Of a stretch of DNA of 64,000 nt, positions 28,601 to 37,104 are shown in pieces. Position 1 is the first letter of the stretch. Each line of letters opens with the position of its first letter. The translations under genes and the position numbers were made by a program. A model generated the notes under the pieces. The model saw only the letters and a list, made by a program, of their open reading frames with translations. It was not told the origin of the DNA and searched no databases. The DNA is from Deltaproteobacteria bacterium (GTDB lineage: Bacteria > Myxococcota > Kuafuiibacteriia > Kuafuiibacteriales > Kuafuiibacteriaceae): assembly GCA_016703535.1 (NCBI GenBank), contig JADJBV010000001.1, forward strand, positions 385,014-449,013, in the 5' to 3' direction.

Positions 28601-30886
28601 TTTGGTGCCGAAGGCCTCGTAGATCTCTTCGCGTTTGCTCTGGAGTTCACTCAAGAACTCGTCGAACTCCGAAAACCGCGCCTCCAACTCCTGGAGCTGG
28701 ACCAACAAACGCGACAGACTTTCGTCGCACTTCTCCGGTTGATCGGCCAAGGCAACGCCGCTCTGCACCGCTTGGCCGAGCAGCTTGAACTGGGCCACGA
28801 ACTCGGCCCGGCCTTCTTTGCCGAGGAGCTCCTTCTTGCGCGCCTGCAGGGTGGCCCGGACCCGGTTCAGGTGGCCAAAGACCTCCGAGATCTTCTCGAG
28901 GATGGTGGTCCGTTGGGTCGGGTCATCGACCTCCAGGGTCGACACGACCTCGGAGAGCAGGTTCAGGCCTTCGGTCAGACCATCCAACTCGGTGGTCAAG
29001 GCCGGGAGGTCAGTCCCTTTTTGGGCGCCCTCCACCTTCCCGAACAAGGCCTCGATCTGCTGCACCAAGGGGCCCAAGGCCTCCTCGGTCAACATGAAGG
29101 CCACGCAACCTTTGCTGACGTCGTCGAAGGCCGCCTTGGCCTCTTCGCCCAACTTATCGAGGGCCGCTGTGTCGATGTAGCGGACGTCCCGCAGGGTGAT
29201 CAAGTGACCCCGGTGTTTGCGCAGCCGGGTCATGCCCTCCAGGAAGTCCGCGACCCGCCGCCAGTCCCGAGGGCGGAGGTCACCGATCAGCTGAGCGTGG
29301 CTGGTCTGAGCCTCGGTCAGGGCCTCGGCGGCCCGCTTCTGCATCGCCAGGACCTTCTCGAACTCGTCGATGATCAGGTCGGCGTTTTTCTTGATCTCCA
29401 GGAGCGGCGCGGCGAAGCGCCCCGTCTCTTCCTGGTCGAGCCAATAGTAGGCGTCGAGCACCCGGTTGGTGCTGGCGATCAGGTCCTCGTAGATCCGGCG
29501 GGTCGGCTTATCGCTTTCGATCAGCCGCTTCAGCGAATAGGCCTCCGAGATGCCTCGCACCAAATCGGCGTTGCCCACCTTGGATAAGTAGGAGCCGTCG
29601 GTCGGTTTTTCGGCGGCGAACAACTCGGACATGAACGGGGTCCGCCAGATCTGCATCGGGTGGACCCGGGTCGGTTCGTTGCCCGCCTGGCGGAACACCA
29701 CCATCGTGCCGTCGTCGAAGAGCGTAAAGCCGTGGCAGGTGATCGGGTTCTGAACTTCCTTGCGGATCAGATTGTACGGCAAAAGCAAATACCGGCCGTC
29801 CGCTTGGTGGTAGTAGACGTACAATACGTCTTCGCCGTTGGGGGAGCGCAACGAGCGCTTGAAGATCAGGTCCCCGATCTCGGCGTCGAAGACCTTGGTG
29901 TCACCGCTCTCCAGGTAATAACCGCCCGGGAAGACCAAGCCGTGATCTTCGGGGAGGCGCACGCAGGACTGGCCGATCGGGTCCAGCCGGGTGACGTCTT
30001 TGGTGCGGGAGTTGTAGACCAGGTAGCGGTGGGTGGTCTCTCGATAGGGTAGGATCTTGAGCAGGATCAGCCCGCCGACCTTGGCGTACCAGATCTCGGC
30101 GTCATCCAAGGCCTGGCGTTTGTCTTGGACCGGCTCACTGTAGACGCCGGCGCCGCTTTGGGTGTTGTTTTCGACCTTCACCGTCAGGTCGCCGCCCACG
30201 GTCTCCACGAAGATCTCGTTCAAGATGTTGACGTGGGGGTGGCGGCCCGAGACCTGGTCGTCTCGGCCGGTGCGGATCCACTCGAAGTCGTGAGAGGGCG
30301 GGAATTGGTGGTCTGAATCGCCGCGGTTGTCGACGTAGTTGACCTGGCCGTTGGGGGAGATGGCCCAGCGGAAGGCCTTGATGTCGGACAGGGCCAGGCC
30401 GACCTGGAAGACCGCCAACAACTTGCCCGGCTCGGGCTCCCGCACCACCAAAAGCCGCGCGTCTTTGTAGTACTTGTAGAGCTCAGCGAACTCGGCCTGA
30501 AAGGTGGGGTTGTCGAAGAGCCCCGGGATGCTGCCGAGGGGCACCGCCGACAGGTCGTAACTTTCACCGGTCTTTTCGCACTTGTGCAGCGAAAAGACGT
30601 CTTCCAACCGGGTCCCGGTCTTGAGCCCGAGGAAGACGTTGTAGCCCATGATCAACATCCCGCGGAGCTCGACGATGCTCCGGGGGATGCAGTTGTTTTC
30701 GGTGCGGATCCGCTCGTTGCCGATGACCGTCAGTTCGGTGCCACCAAAGGTGGCGACCCGCTTTTGGTTGAGCTGATCGGCCCGGCTGCCCAGGTCTTTG
30801 GCCTGGGTCAACAGGCGCTGGCGTAGGACCTCGTAGCTGCCGCCCTCAAGGGCGGCCTCGGCGTTTTGGCTCGCCTGCTCGCTCAT
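25625..30886 (-). CDS. Giant 1753-aa protein with an internal AAA+ ATPase module of the MoxR/AAA_5 type, encoded directly downstream of flotillin.
   Basis: Walker A is ISPPGYGKTT and Walker B is VMLYLDDIQ, followed by arginine-finger/sensor regions. It lies 33 nt downstream of the flotillin gene on the same strand. Confidence 0.75.
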   Translation of the reverse strand: MSEQASQNAEAALEGGSYEVLRQRLLTQAKDLGSRADQLNQKRVATFGGTELTVIGNERIRTENNCIPRSIVELRGMLIMGYNVFLGLKTGTRLEDVFSLHKCEKTGESYDLSAVPLGSIPGLFDNPTFQAEFAELYKYYKDARLLVVREPEPGKLLAVFQVGLALSDIKAFRWAISPNGQVNYVDNRGDSDHQFPPSHDFEWIRTGRDDQVSGRHPHVNILNEIFVETVGGDLTVKVENNTQSGAGVYSEPVQDKRQALDDAEIWYAKVGGLILLKILPYRETTHRYLVYNSRTKDVTRLDPIGQSCVRLPEDHGLVFPGGYYLESGDTKVFDAEIGDLIFKRSLRSPNGEDVLYVYYHQADGRYLLLPYNLIRKEVQNPITCHGFTLFDDGTMVVFRQAGNEPTRVHPMQIWRTPFMSELFAAEKPTDGSYLSKVGNADLVRGISEAYSLKRLIESDKPTRRIYEDLIASTNRVLDAYYWLDQEETGRFAAPLLEIKKNADLIIDEFEKVLAMQKRAAEALTEAQTSHAQLIGDLRPRDWRRVADFLEGMTRLRKHRGHLITLRDVRYIDTAALDKLGEEAKAAFDDVSKGCVAFMLTEEALGPLVQQIEALFGKVEGAQKGTDLPALTTELDGLTEGLNLLSEVVSTLEVDDPTQRTTILEKISEVFGHLNRVRATLQARKKELLGKEGRAEFVAQFKLLGQAVQSGVALADQPEKCDESLSRLLVQLQELEARFSEFDEFLSELQSKREEIYEAFGTKKQQLLDERQRRAQNLAAAAQRIVEGVQRRAKSFKADDELNAYFASDAMILKLRQVIEQLRDLGDSVKADDFESKLKSARQDAVRNLRDQLDLYEDGANIIKFGKHKFSVNTEAFELTIVPKDGGMWLHLTGTELYEPIEDENFNRYRDYWDQQLVSESPTVYRGEYLATQILADAEAGLRGLTVRRLEEVARDEAALLEIVRAAMVDRYDEGYERGLHDADTALILGRLLSIRATAGLLRFSAEPRAWACLYWAFPSSKERQVQFHRRARSLGRLRKSFANPRAEAELAAELDLEVRSFLEALGLKVPPSETRFAGAYLVEELAAERPRFTISADAVRLRDALFRHLDGTHGRGDLEEDLRALEGRLADQVGLARAWFEAYLEQTDDEGIKALRPALLEAAVMMVTGAHLDRDENGAPVRAVASGLLGQHPKVVDRQLEIRLDELLTRLGDFRAVRVPGFLEYKKVRQGLVERERNRLRLEEFRPRVLTSFVRNKLINDVYLPLIGDNLAKQLGAAGEKKRTDLMGMLLLISPPGYGKTTLMEYLASRLGIVFMKVNGPALGHEVTSIDPADAPNATARQEVEKINLALEMGNNVMLYLDDIQHTNPELLQKFISLCDAQRRIEGVWKGRTKTYDLRGKKFCVVMAGNPYTESGEKFQIPDMLANRADTYNLGDILGGKEETFALSYLENALTSNAVLQPVATRSLDDVHRFIRRVRGEDVAQTEFAHSYSRAEIEEIENVLRRLFRVQQTLLRVNLEYIASASQDDRFRTEPPFKLQGSYRNMNKLAEKVVAAMNDEELDRLIGDHYAGESQTLTTGAEHNLLKFAELRGMMSPEQKARWDAIKRDFRRLKVAGGADDDPVTRVTSTLGNLGEQLEGIQAQLKEAVQKQSDGNQEWLEPHLARLEQALSALGKKPADLAVTVKNEPPVGVQALLQKHAESLEQALLPLVRASAQSLEESRNLSRPLLELIELMKLNALTEEKSSRAPKRS

Positions 30887-30919
30887 CGACCCGGCCTCCC
30901 GTCCCGCCCAAAGTTGGGC

Positions 30920-33082
30920 TTATTCGTCGAGGCCCAGCTCCTTGGCCCGCTTCAGCAAGGTGCCCAACTTGGACTTGGTGCCCGAGTCTTGGGCTTCACT
31001 CATCAGCTTGCCGAGGAAGCCCGAGACCGAGAGGTTCTTCAGGTCCTCGCTGGAGAGGCCCTGCACCGCCTTCATCACCTCACCCGGGAGATCTTTGCTG
31101 CCGTCCAAATAGGGCTTCAGCACCTCTTGCACCCGCTCGCTGCCGTCGATGGCGCCGTCGATGGCCTTGCCCACCGAAACCGCGTTGATGAAGCGCTCGA
31201 AGAACTGGCCGTCGCCGCCCACGATGTTGATCTTGGCCGACTGGAAGGCCTGCTTGAGGATGTCGGCCCGGGACTTGGCCACCTCCACCCGAGTTTGGAT
31301 CTCGGCCAAGGCGATCGCCTTATCGCGTTCGATCCGCAGCCGGTACTCCTCGTGTTCGCGGCCCACGCCATCCAAGGCCTTCATCGACTCGGCCTTTTGC
31401 GCCAAACCAGTGGCCTCGGCGACCAACTTCTTCTCGATGGCCACGGCTTCGGCCAAGCCCATCTTCTCCTTGGCGGCGGCGTCGGCTTCCCCGATCCGCG
31501 CCTGGGCCAAGCCCTTCTCTTCAGCGCCCGCGGCCTCGGCCAAGAGGCGTTCCTTGACGGCCCGCGCCTCGGCCAAACCACGCTTTTCGATCGCACCCGC
31601 TTCGGCCTCTTGGCCTTGGGCCGCGGCCATCATCTGCTCTCGGGTGATCTTGGCCTTGGCGAAGCCTTCCTTTTCGGTGGCGATGATGTTGGCCTCTTTG
31701 ACTCGCACCTGGGCCAGACCTTCGGCGGCGGCTTCGGCTTGGATGCCCTCCGAGATCCGGATCTTGGCCTTGGCGTTGCGGTCGGCGGCCTCGAGGTCGG
31801 CGTCGGCCAGGGTCAACTTCTCCTTGGCCGCGAACTTGGCCACCTCTTGGCGGGCTTCGGCGGTTTTGGTGGCCTGCACCACCTGCTCCTGGGCCTTGGC
31901 TTCGGCGGCGATGATCACCGCGTCCTTGTTGCGGCGAGCCTCGGCCAACACCCGGGTGTCTTTGATCCGCTCTTCTTCTTCGGCGACGGTCTTGTCGACC
32001 GCGATCCGGCCGCGGATCACGTCGGCGATGGCCTTCTTTTCGATCTCGATCTCTTTTTCTTTGGCGATCCGAGAGAGTTCGGTCTCCCGCTCCCGGGTGA
32101 TCTGCTCGAGCATCCGGTCTTTTTCGACCCGTTCGGTCTCGACCGCGATCACCCGCTCCCGGTTCTTTTGGGCGACCTGGATCTGCCGCTGTTTGGCCTC
32201 GTCGTTCACCTTGACCTCTTCTTCGGTCTTGATGCGGGCCAACTCGGCGCTCTTGTAGGACTCGGCCTGGACCTTTTGGGTCTCGGCTTCTTCCCGGGCC
32301 TTCATCGTGGCGATCTCTCGGGCCTGTTTGATCCGGGCGTCTTGCTCCTGGCGATCGAGGGCCAAGACCGCCTCGGTGGCCTCCACGTCCTGCTTCTTGA
32401 TCGCCTTACGTTCGTTTTGGCGCAGGTCGTTGGTCTGTACGTTTTGAACCGCGGTCAGCTCGGTGATCTTACGGATGCCTTGGGCGTCCAAGATGTTGTC
32501 CTTGTCCAAGGACTCGATCGGGGTCTGCTCCAGATAGTCGATGGCGGCGTCGTCCAAGACGTAGCCGTTCAGGTCGCGGCCGATGGTCCGGATGATCTCG
32601 TCCTTGAAGGACTCTCGTTTGGTGTACAGCTCCTCGAAGTCGAGCTGCTTACCGACGGTCTTCAGCGCCTCGGAGAACTTGGCCTGGAAGAGGGCCTCCA
32701 TGGTGTTTTGGTCGGAAGCCCGGACACAGCCCACCTGCTGGGCCACCTTCAACACGTCTTCGGTGGTCTTGTTCACCTTCACGAAGAAGGTGACCTTGAT
32801 GTCGGCCCGAATGTTGTCTTTGCAGATCAGGCCTTCTTTGCCGCGCCGATCGGTCTCGATGGTCTTCACCGAGATGTCCATCAACTCGGCTCGGTGGATG
32901 ATCGGGATGACAATTCCGCCGGTGAAGGTGACCAGGGGCTCCCGGTTCATCTTGTTGATGATCAAGGCTCGGCCTTGTTCGACAGTGCGGTAGAACTTGG
33001 CCACCGCAAAGGCCAAGCCCGCCACCACGATGATGGTGCCGACGATCGCGACACCCATGATCAGCAAGTTTTCGATAGCCAT
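30920..33082 (-). CDS. Flotillin/SPFH-domain protein like YqiK or FloT, 720 aa, with an extended C-terminal coiled-coil region carrying GLAEA repeats.
   Basis: It has an N-terminal transmembrane helix and an SPFH block QGRALIINK...VKTIETDRRGKEGLICKDNIRADIKVTFFVKV. A long Glu/Ala/Lys-rich coiled coil follows, with the repeated motif (K/M)GLAEA(R/V)A. Confidence 0.85.
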   Translation of the reverse strand: MAIENLLIMGVAIVGTIIVVAGLAFAVAKFYRTVEQGRALIINKMNREPLVTFTGGIVIPIIHRAELMDISVKTIETDRRGKEGLICKDNIRADIKVTFFVKVNKTTEDVLKVAQQVGCVRASDQNTMEALFQAKFSEALKTVGKQLDFEELYTKRESFKDEIIRTIGRDLNGYVLDDAAIDYLEQTPIESLDKDNILDAQGIRKITELTAVQNVQTNDLRQNERKAIKKQDVEATEAVLALDRQEQDARIKQAREIATMKAREEAETQKVQAESYKSAELARIKTEEEVKVNDEAKQRQIQVAQKNRERVIAVETERVEKDRMLEQITRERETELSRIAKEKEIEIEKKAIADVIRGRIAVDKTVAEEEERIKDTRVLAEARRNKDAVIIAAEAKAQEQVVQATKTAEARQEVAKFAAKEKLTLADADLEAADRNAKAKIRISEGIQAEAAAEGLAQVRVKEANIIATEKEGFAKAKITREQMMAAAQGQEAEAGAIEKRGLAEARAVKERLLAEAAGAEEKGLAQARIGEADAAAKEKMGLAEAVAIEKKLVAEATGLAQKAESMKALDGVGREHEEYRLRIERDKAIALAEIQTRVEVAKSRADILKQAFQSAKINIVGGDGQFFERFINAVSVGKAIDGAIDGSERVQEVLKPYLDGSKDLPGEVMKAVQGLSSEDLKNLSVSGFLGKLMSEAQDSGTKSKLGTLLKRAKELGLDE

Positions 33083-33214
33083 GTTCCCCTCACCTCAAGG
33101 CCTTTAGCGGGCCGACTGCTTCGCGGCCCGTGGTAGTACGGCTCAGACCGCCCGGCAAGGGACGGCCCGGAGCCCAGAAAATCCGTGTCTTCGGGCGTCG
33201 ATGGGCTCAGCGCC

Positions 33215-33988
33215 TCACGACGGATCCTTGGCGATCAACTCGCGTTCACTTTTGGTCAGCCCTTCGACGCGATAGGCCTCTTGCGCCGCGTCGTAGCCGA
33301 TGATCAGCGCCTCTTGACCGCGTTCGAAGGTCTGGCCGGCGTCGGCCCGCACCTGGATCACGAAGGCGTCGGCGCCCTCTTCGATGGTGGCTTGGCCGAA
33401 CTTGTGGTCGACGTTGGCGGTGCTGATCCGGCAGGTCCGCCCCACCAGATCCCGTCGTCGACTGGCCTCTTTGGTCCGAAAGAAGCGCTCCAGAGGTTTG
33501 GTCGAGAGCCGAGTCGCCGGGATGGAGGCGAAGGTGGCCAGGGCCATCACCAAGATCCCGGTGACCACGTGGGGCACGTAGGGATCGAGGACCGGCGAAA
33601 GCCACCGCATCAGGAACATCGAGGCCACCCAGCCGATCAGCGCGATCAAGCTCAGGGTGACGGTCACCGGGACCCGCCCGAGGCCCAACCAGGAGAAGAA
33701 GGTGAGGAGGGAAAGGCCCTCGTGGATCTCGTGGACGGCTTCGCCCGCGGCTTCGGCCTTGGCGAAGGCCGCGTCGGCGATCCCATCGAGTTTGGCGGAG
33801 GCGGCGTCGCCGAGGCCGTCGAGTTTGCCGGTGGCGGCGTCGGCCAGGCCGTCGAGTTTGCCGCCGAGGAAGTCGAGGTCGAGGGCCCCGAACATCACGA
33901 ACAGCCAGTAGAGGAGCATCAACACCGACAGGCCGGTGAAGATGACGGTAGGAAAAGCCAAAGTCTGGATGAGGAAGCTTTGGAGCAC
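33215..33988 (-). CDS. NfeD/YqiJ-like membrane protein, the flotillin-associated OB-fold protein.
   Basis: It has a multi-pass transmembrane N-terminus and a C-terminal beta-barrel segment LVGRTCRISTANVDHKFGQATIEEGADAFVIQVRA. It lies upstream of flotillin, matching the yqiJ-yqiK arrangement. Confidence 0.7.
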   Translation of the reverse strand: MLQSFLIQTLAFPTVIFTGLSVLMLLYWLFVMFGALDLDFLGGKLDGLADAATGKLDGLGDAASAKLDGIADAAFAKAEAAGEAVHEIHEGLSLLTFFSWLGLGRVPVTVTLSLIALIGWVASMFLMRWLSPVLDPYVPHVVTGILVMALATFASIPATRLSTKPLERFFRTKEASRRRDLVGRTCRISTANVDHKFGQATIEEGADAFVIQVRADAGQTFERGQEALIIGYDAAQEAYRVEGLTKSERELIAKDPS

Positions 33989-34110
33989 AGGAAACCTTCA
34001 GCCCGACGCCGGGAATATGAACACGCTTTGGCCGGTGTCTACCGGCCGGCCCGACCTTCGCCCGAGTTGGGGGTTGCCGCAACCCGGGTCCCGACTAAGA
34101 TGCAGGTCCG

Positions 34111-37104
34111 GTGAGTGTGGTGATCCTGGTTGGCCTCGAGGGCCCCGCTCGCACCCTGTCGCAGACGCTCGCACGTCTGTTGGGCCTGGAGTCGGAGCAC
34201 GTCGCCACCGCCGAAGAGGCCCTGCGCCGTCCCCCCGAAGGCCCGATCCTCACCCGAATGCGGCTGCCTCGCCTCGACGGCGCGTCTCTGCTTCGTCGGG
34301 CCAGCTTGGCCACGCCAGGGCGTCGGGGGCTGCTCCTGACCGCTCGCCCGATCGGGGGTCCTCCATCGTTGGCCCTTGATCCGAGGTGGCATCGGATCGT
34401 CGCTCCCCACCAGACGGGCCCGCTCTTCGAGGGCCTGCGGTGGGCCAGCGGCGTTGAGGTCCCGGAGCAACACCGGGCGTTGATCGCGGCCTGGCGGCAG
34501 GGGCCCGAGAGCCTCGCGATGAGAGTGCAAGACAACTTGCACTCCCCCGGTGAAGAACTTTCGGTGGGCCTGGAGCTGGTGGCCCATGCCTCTCCCCCGG
34601 GCGCGGCCCTGGCGACCTTGGGGCAGTGGTTGAGCGCGCCCGTCCTTCCGCCCGCGGTCGCCGAGCGGATCCTGGCGCTCCTGCCGCGTTTTTTTGGCGC
34701 CGGCCTGGACTTGGTGGCGGCGATCGCCCGGCGCGCCGAGTTGCCCCCAGCGCTGCGGGCCCGGGCCATCCAGGAGTTGGGCCGTCGGTACCCATTGGCG
34801 GCTTCGCAAGTTGTCTTGCAAACGCTCTTGGCTGATCCGTCACCCTGGTGCCGCTCCGAGGCGGCCCACGCCCTGGTCGATGGCGCCCGGTCGGCGGCGG
34901 CCCAACGGGACACGGTGCGGCTGGTGGGCGGCCCGGCCCACGACGTCTTGGTCGCCCTCGCAAAAGACGTTCGGGTCGATCCCGAGGCTCGGGGCCGGGC
35001 GGTCGAACTTTTGGCCAAAGAGGCCCCTACGGCCCAGGTGCTCCCGTTGTTGTCCGCGTTGGCCGCTTCACCCGCGGGCGAGTTGGCGACGGTCGCCTCC
35101 CGGTGGCTGGTCCGGGCCGATGGGCTGGAGGCCGACGCTCAACGACAAGTGGTCGAAGACGAGGCCCGTCCCTTGGCCGAACGACGTTTGGCCTTGGAGC
35201 ACTTGGCGCTGCAATTGCCCGAGGAGCAAAGCGCGCCGCTGCTCGAACGGGCCGAGTCGAGCCCCACCCCTGAGCTCCGCGATCGGGCGCTCCAGCTCCA
35301 CTTCGCCGCCGCCGAAGGCGGCCTGGACGACAGCTTGTTGAGGGCGACCCACGGCGGTCGCAGCGCCCAGCGGGCCGCGCTGCTCGGGGCCTTGGAGCAA
35401 GGCCGAGGTTCACCGACGGGCCTCTTGGCGATCGCCGCCTCTGGCTTCGAGGACGAGCTGGTGGTGGCCGCGCTCCGGGTGTTGGGCGCCCGCTACGACG
35501 TGACTCAGGTCGGACCGGCCTTGCGCGCCGCCTTGGCCGACGATCGACCGAAGGTCCGCGACGCCGCATTTTTGGCCTTGGTGCAGCAGGGCGAGCGAGC
35601 TTGGCCCCTCCTGATGGAGGTCGCCCAGGACGCGGCCTTGCCGACCACCGTGCGGGCCTCGGCCCTCGGCGAGTTGGCCGAGGCGGCCGAACCCGAGCGG
35701 GTCCGGGCCACGGCCCGAAGGCTGGCCAACGATCCCGATCCCCTCTTGGCCGCCGCCAGCGTCAGGGCGGTGGTCTTGTCGGGGGCCACGGCCCTGGCCG
35801 AGCTGGCGCCACGCCTGGCGGCCCGACCCCGGACCGAACACTACCAAGGGTGGATCGAGGGGGCCTTGGCCCTGGGCACCTACGGCTACGGCGCCTTGGC
35901 CTTGTTGGTCGCAGATCCGGCGGCCCCGATCCCGATCCGCGGCGAGGCCCTACGGCGGGTGCTGTCGGAGTTTGGCGAGTCGGATGCCCAGCCTTTGTTC
36001 GACGCCGCACCACCCGAGGTGCAGGCCTTCGCTCGCGGGCCAGTGGCCGCGCCAGCGCCCGCGGTCGCCCCTTCGCCTCCGAGCGACGGAGAAGACGCCG
36101 CAACCCAGCCTGCAATCCCCGCGTTTGTCCCGGCCCCCGGATCAGGGAGCGGTGAACCACGGCGGCGTCGTCGACCCAAGTCGGGGGTGGCCGAGGCGCC
36201 GTTGGAGGCCCCGGCGTCTCCGCCGGCCAGCGCGCCCGAAGATGATCACCCCGAAGATCGGGCGCCCACCAAACCCGTGCCGCCGGCCCAAACCCCCGCG
36301 TCGACTCGGCCCGCGTCCACCCCACCCGCGTCCACTCCACCCGCGGCCACGCGGCCCGGGCCCGCCGGGACCTCACCGATCCCCCGGGCCTCGTCTTCTC
36401 GGCCCCGGGCCCCCGCGACTCAGCCCGGGACCCAAGACAGCCTGCCGCCGATCCCCAAGGACCGGGCCGAACAGGTGCTCGAGGAGTGTATTCGCCAGGG
36501 GCCCGCCGGTCTGCGGGGCCTGAAGCTCCTGGCGCTTTCACCCCGGGTCCCAGATCCGGTGCGGGCCGCCGCGGTGCGCCACTTGGCGTCGGACTTCGAC
36601 GACGCCCAACGGGGGGATGTGTTGACACGTTGCCTGCGCGGGCCGCCGATGGTGCAAGCGACCGCCCTTGGCTGTTTGATGGTCCAAAAGGAGCCGCCCC
36701 GGGCCGCCCTCGAGGCCTTGGCCATGGAGCCGGACGCCGAGCTGAACACCCGGCTCCGAGCTCTACGTTTTTTGGCCTCACGATTTGGGCGGCACCAGGT
36801 CGCGCCGCTGTTGTTGCGGGCCTTGGAGTGTGGCCAGGCCGAGCTGGAGCGGGCCGCCCTCGAGTCCCTCTTCACCTCGATCCGCTTTACGCCCGAGCTC
36901 GCGGTGGAGGAGGCGCTGGTCAACTTGCTGCGGGAACACGAGTCGCTGGAGGTCAAGACCTGGGCGGCCCAAGCCCTCGGCACTTTTGGCGGTGCGGGGG
37001 CCTTGCCGCACCTCGATCACTTCACCGGCCTCTTCGCCGAGGTTGAGGTGAAGGCGGTGGCCAAACGAGCCCGCCAGCGGATCGTAGCCCGGCTCAGGGG
37101 ATGA
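34111..37104 (+). CDS. HEAT/PBS-lyase-like repeat protein of 997 aa with a receiver-like N-terminus and a Pro/Ala/Thr-rich low-complexity linker.
   Basis: Repeated (P/A)xxRxxAxxAL(G/A) helical pairs occur throughout. The protein starts at a GTG. Confidence 0.6.
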   Translation: MSVVILVGLEGPARTLSQTLARLLGLESEHVATAEEALRRPPEGPILTRMRLPRLDGASLLRRASLATPGRRGLLLTARPIGGPPSLALDPRWHRIVAPHQTGPLFEGLRWASGVEVPEQHRALIAAWRQGPESLAMRVQDNLHSPGEELSVGLELVAHASPPGAALATLGQWLSAPVLPPAVAERILALLPRFFGAGLDLVAAIARRAELPPALRARAIQELGRRYPLAASQVVLQTLLADPSPWCRSEAAHALVDGARSAAAQRDTVRLVGGPAHDVLVALAKDVRVDPEARGRAVELLAKEAPTAQVLPLLSALAASPAGELATVASRWLVRADGLEADAQRQVVEDEARPLAERRLALEHLALQLPEEQSAPLLERAESSPTPELRDRALQLHFAAAEGGLDDSLLRATHGGRSAQRAALLGALEQGRGSPTGLLAIAASGFEDELVVAALRVLGARYDVTQVGPALRAALADDRPKVRDAAFLALVQQGERAWPLLMEVAQDAALPTTVRASALGELAEAAEPERVRATARRLANDPDPLLAAASVRAVVLSGATALAELAPRLAARPRTEHYQGWIEGALALGTYGYGALALLVADPAAPIPIRGEALRRVLSEFGESDAQPLFDAAPPEVQAFARGPVAAPAPAVAPSPPSDGEDAATQPAIPAFVPAPGSGSGEPRRRRRPKSGVAEAPLEAPASPPASAPEDDHPEDRAPTKPVPPAQTPASTRPASTPPASTPPAATRPGPAGTSPIPRASSSRPRAPATQPGTQDSLPPIPKDRAEQVLEECIRQGPAGLRGLKLLALSPRVPDPVRAAAVRHLASDFDDAQRGDVLTRCLRGPPMVQATALGCLMVQKEPPRAALEALAMEPDAELNTRLRALRFLASRFGRHQVAPLLLRALECGQAELERAALESLFTSIRFTPELAVEEALVNLLREHESLEVKTWAAQALGTFGGAGALPHLDHFTGLFAEVEVKAVAKRARQRIVARLRG

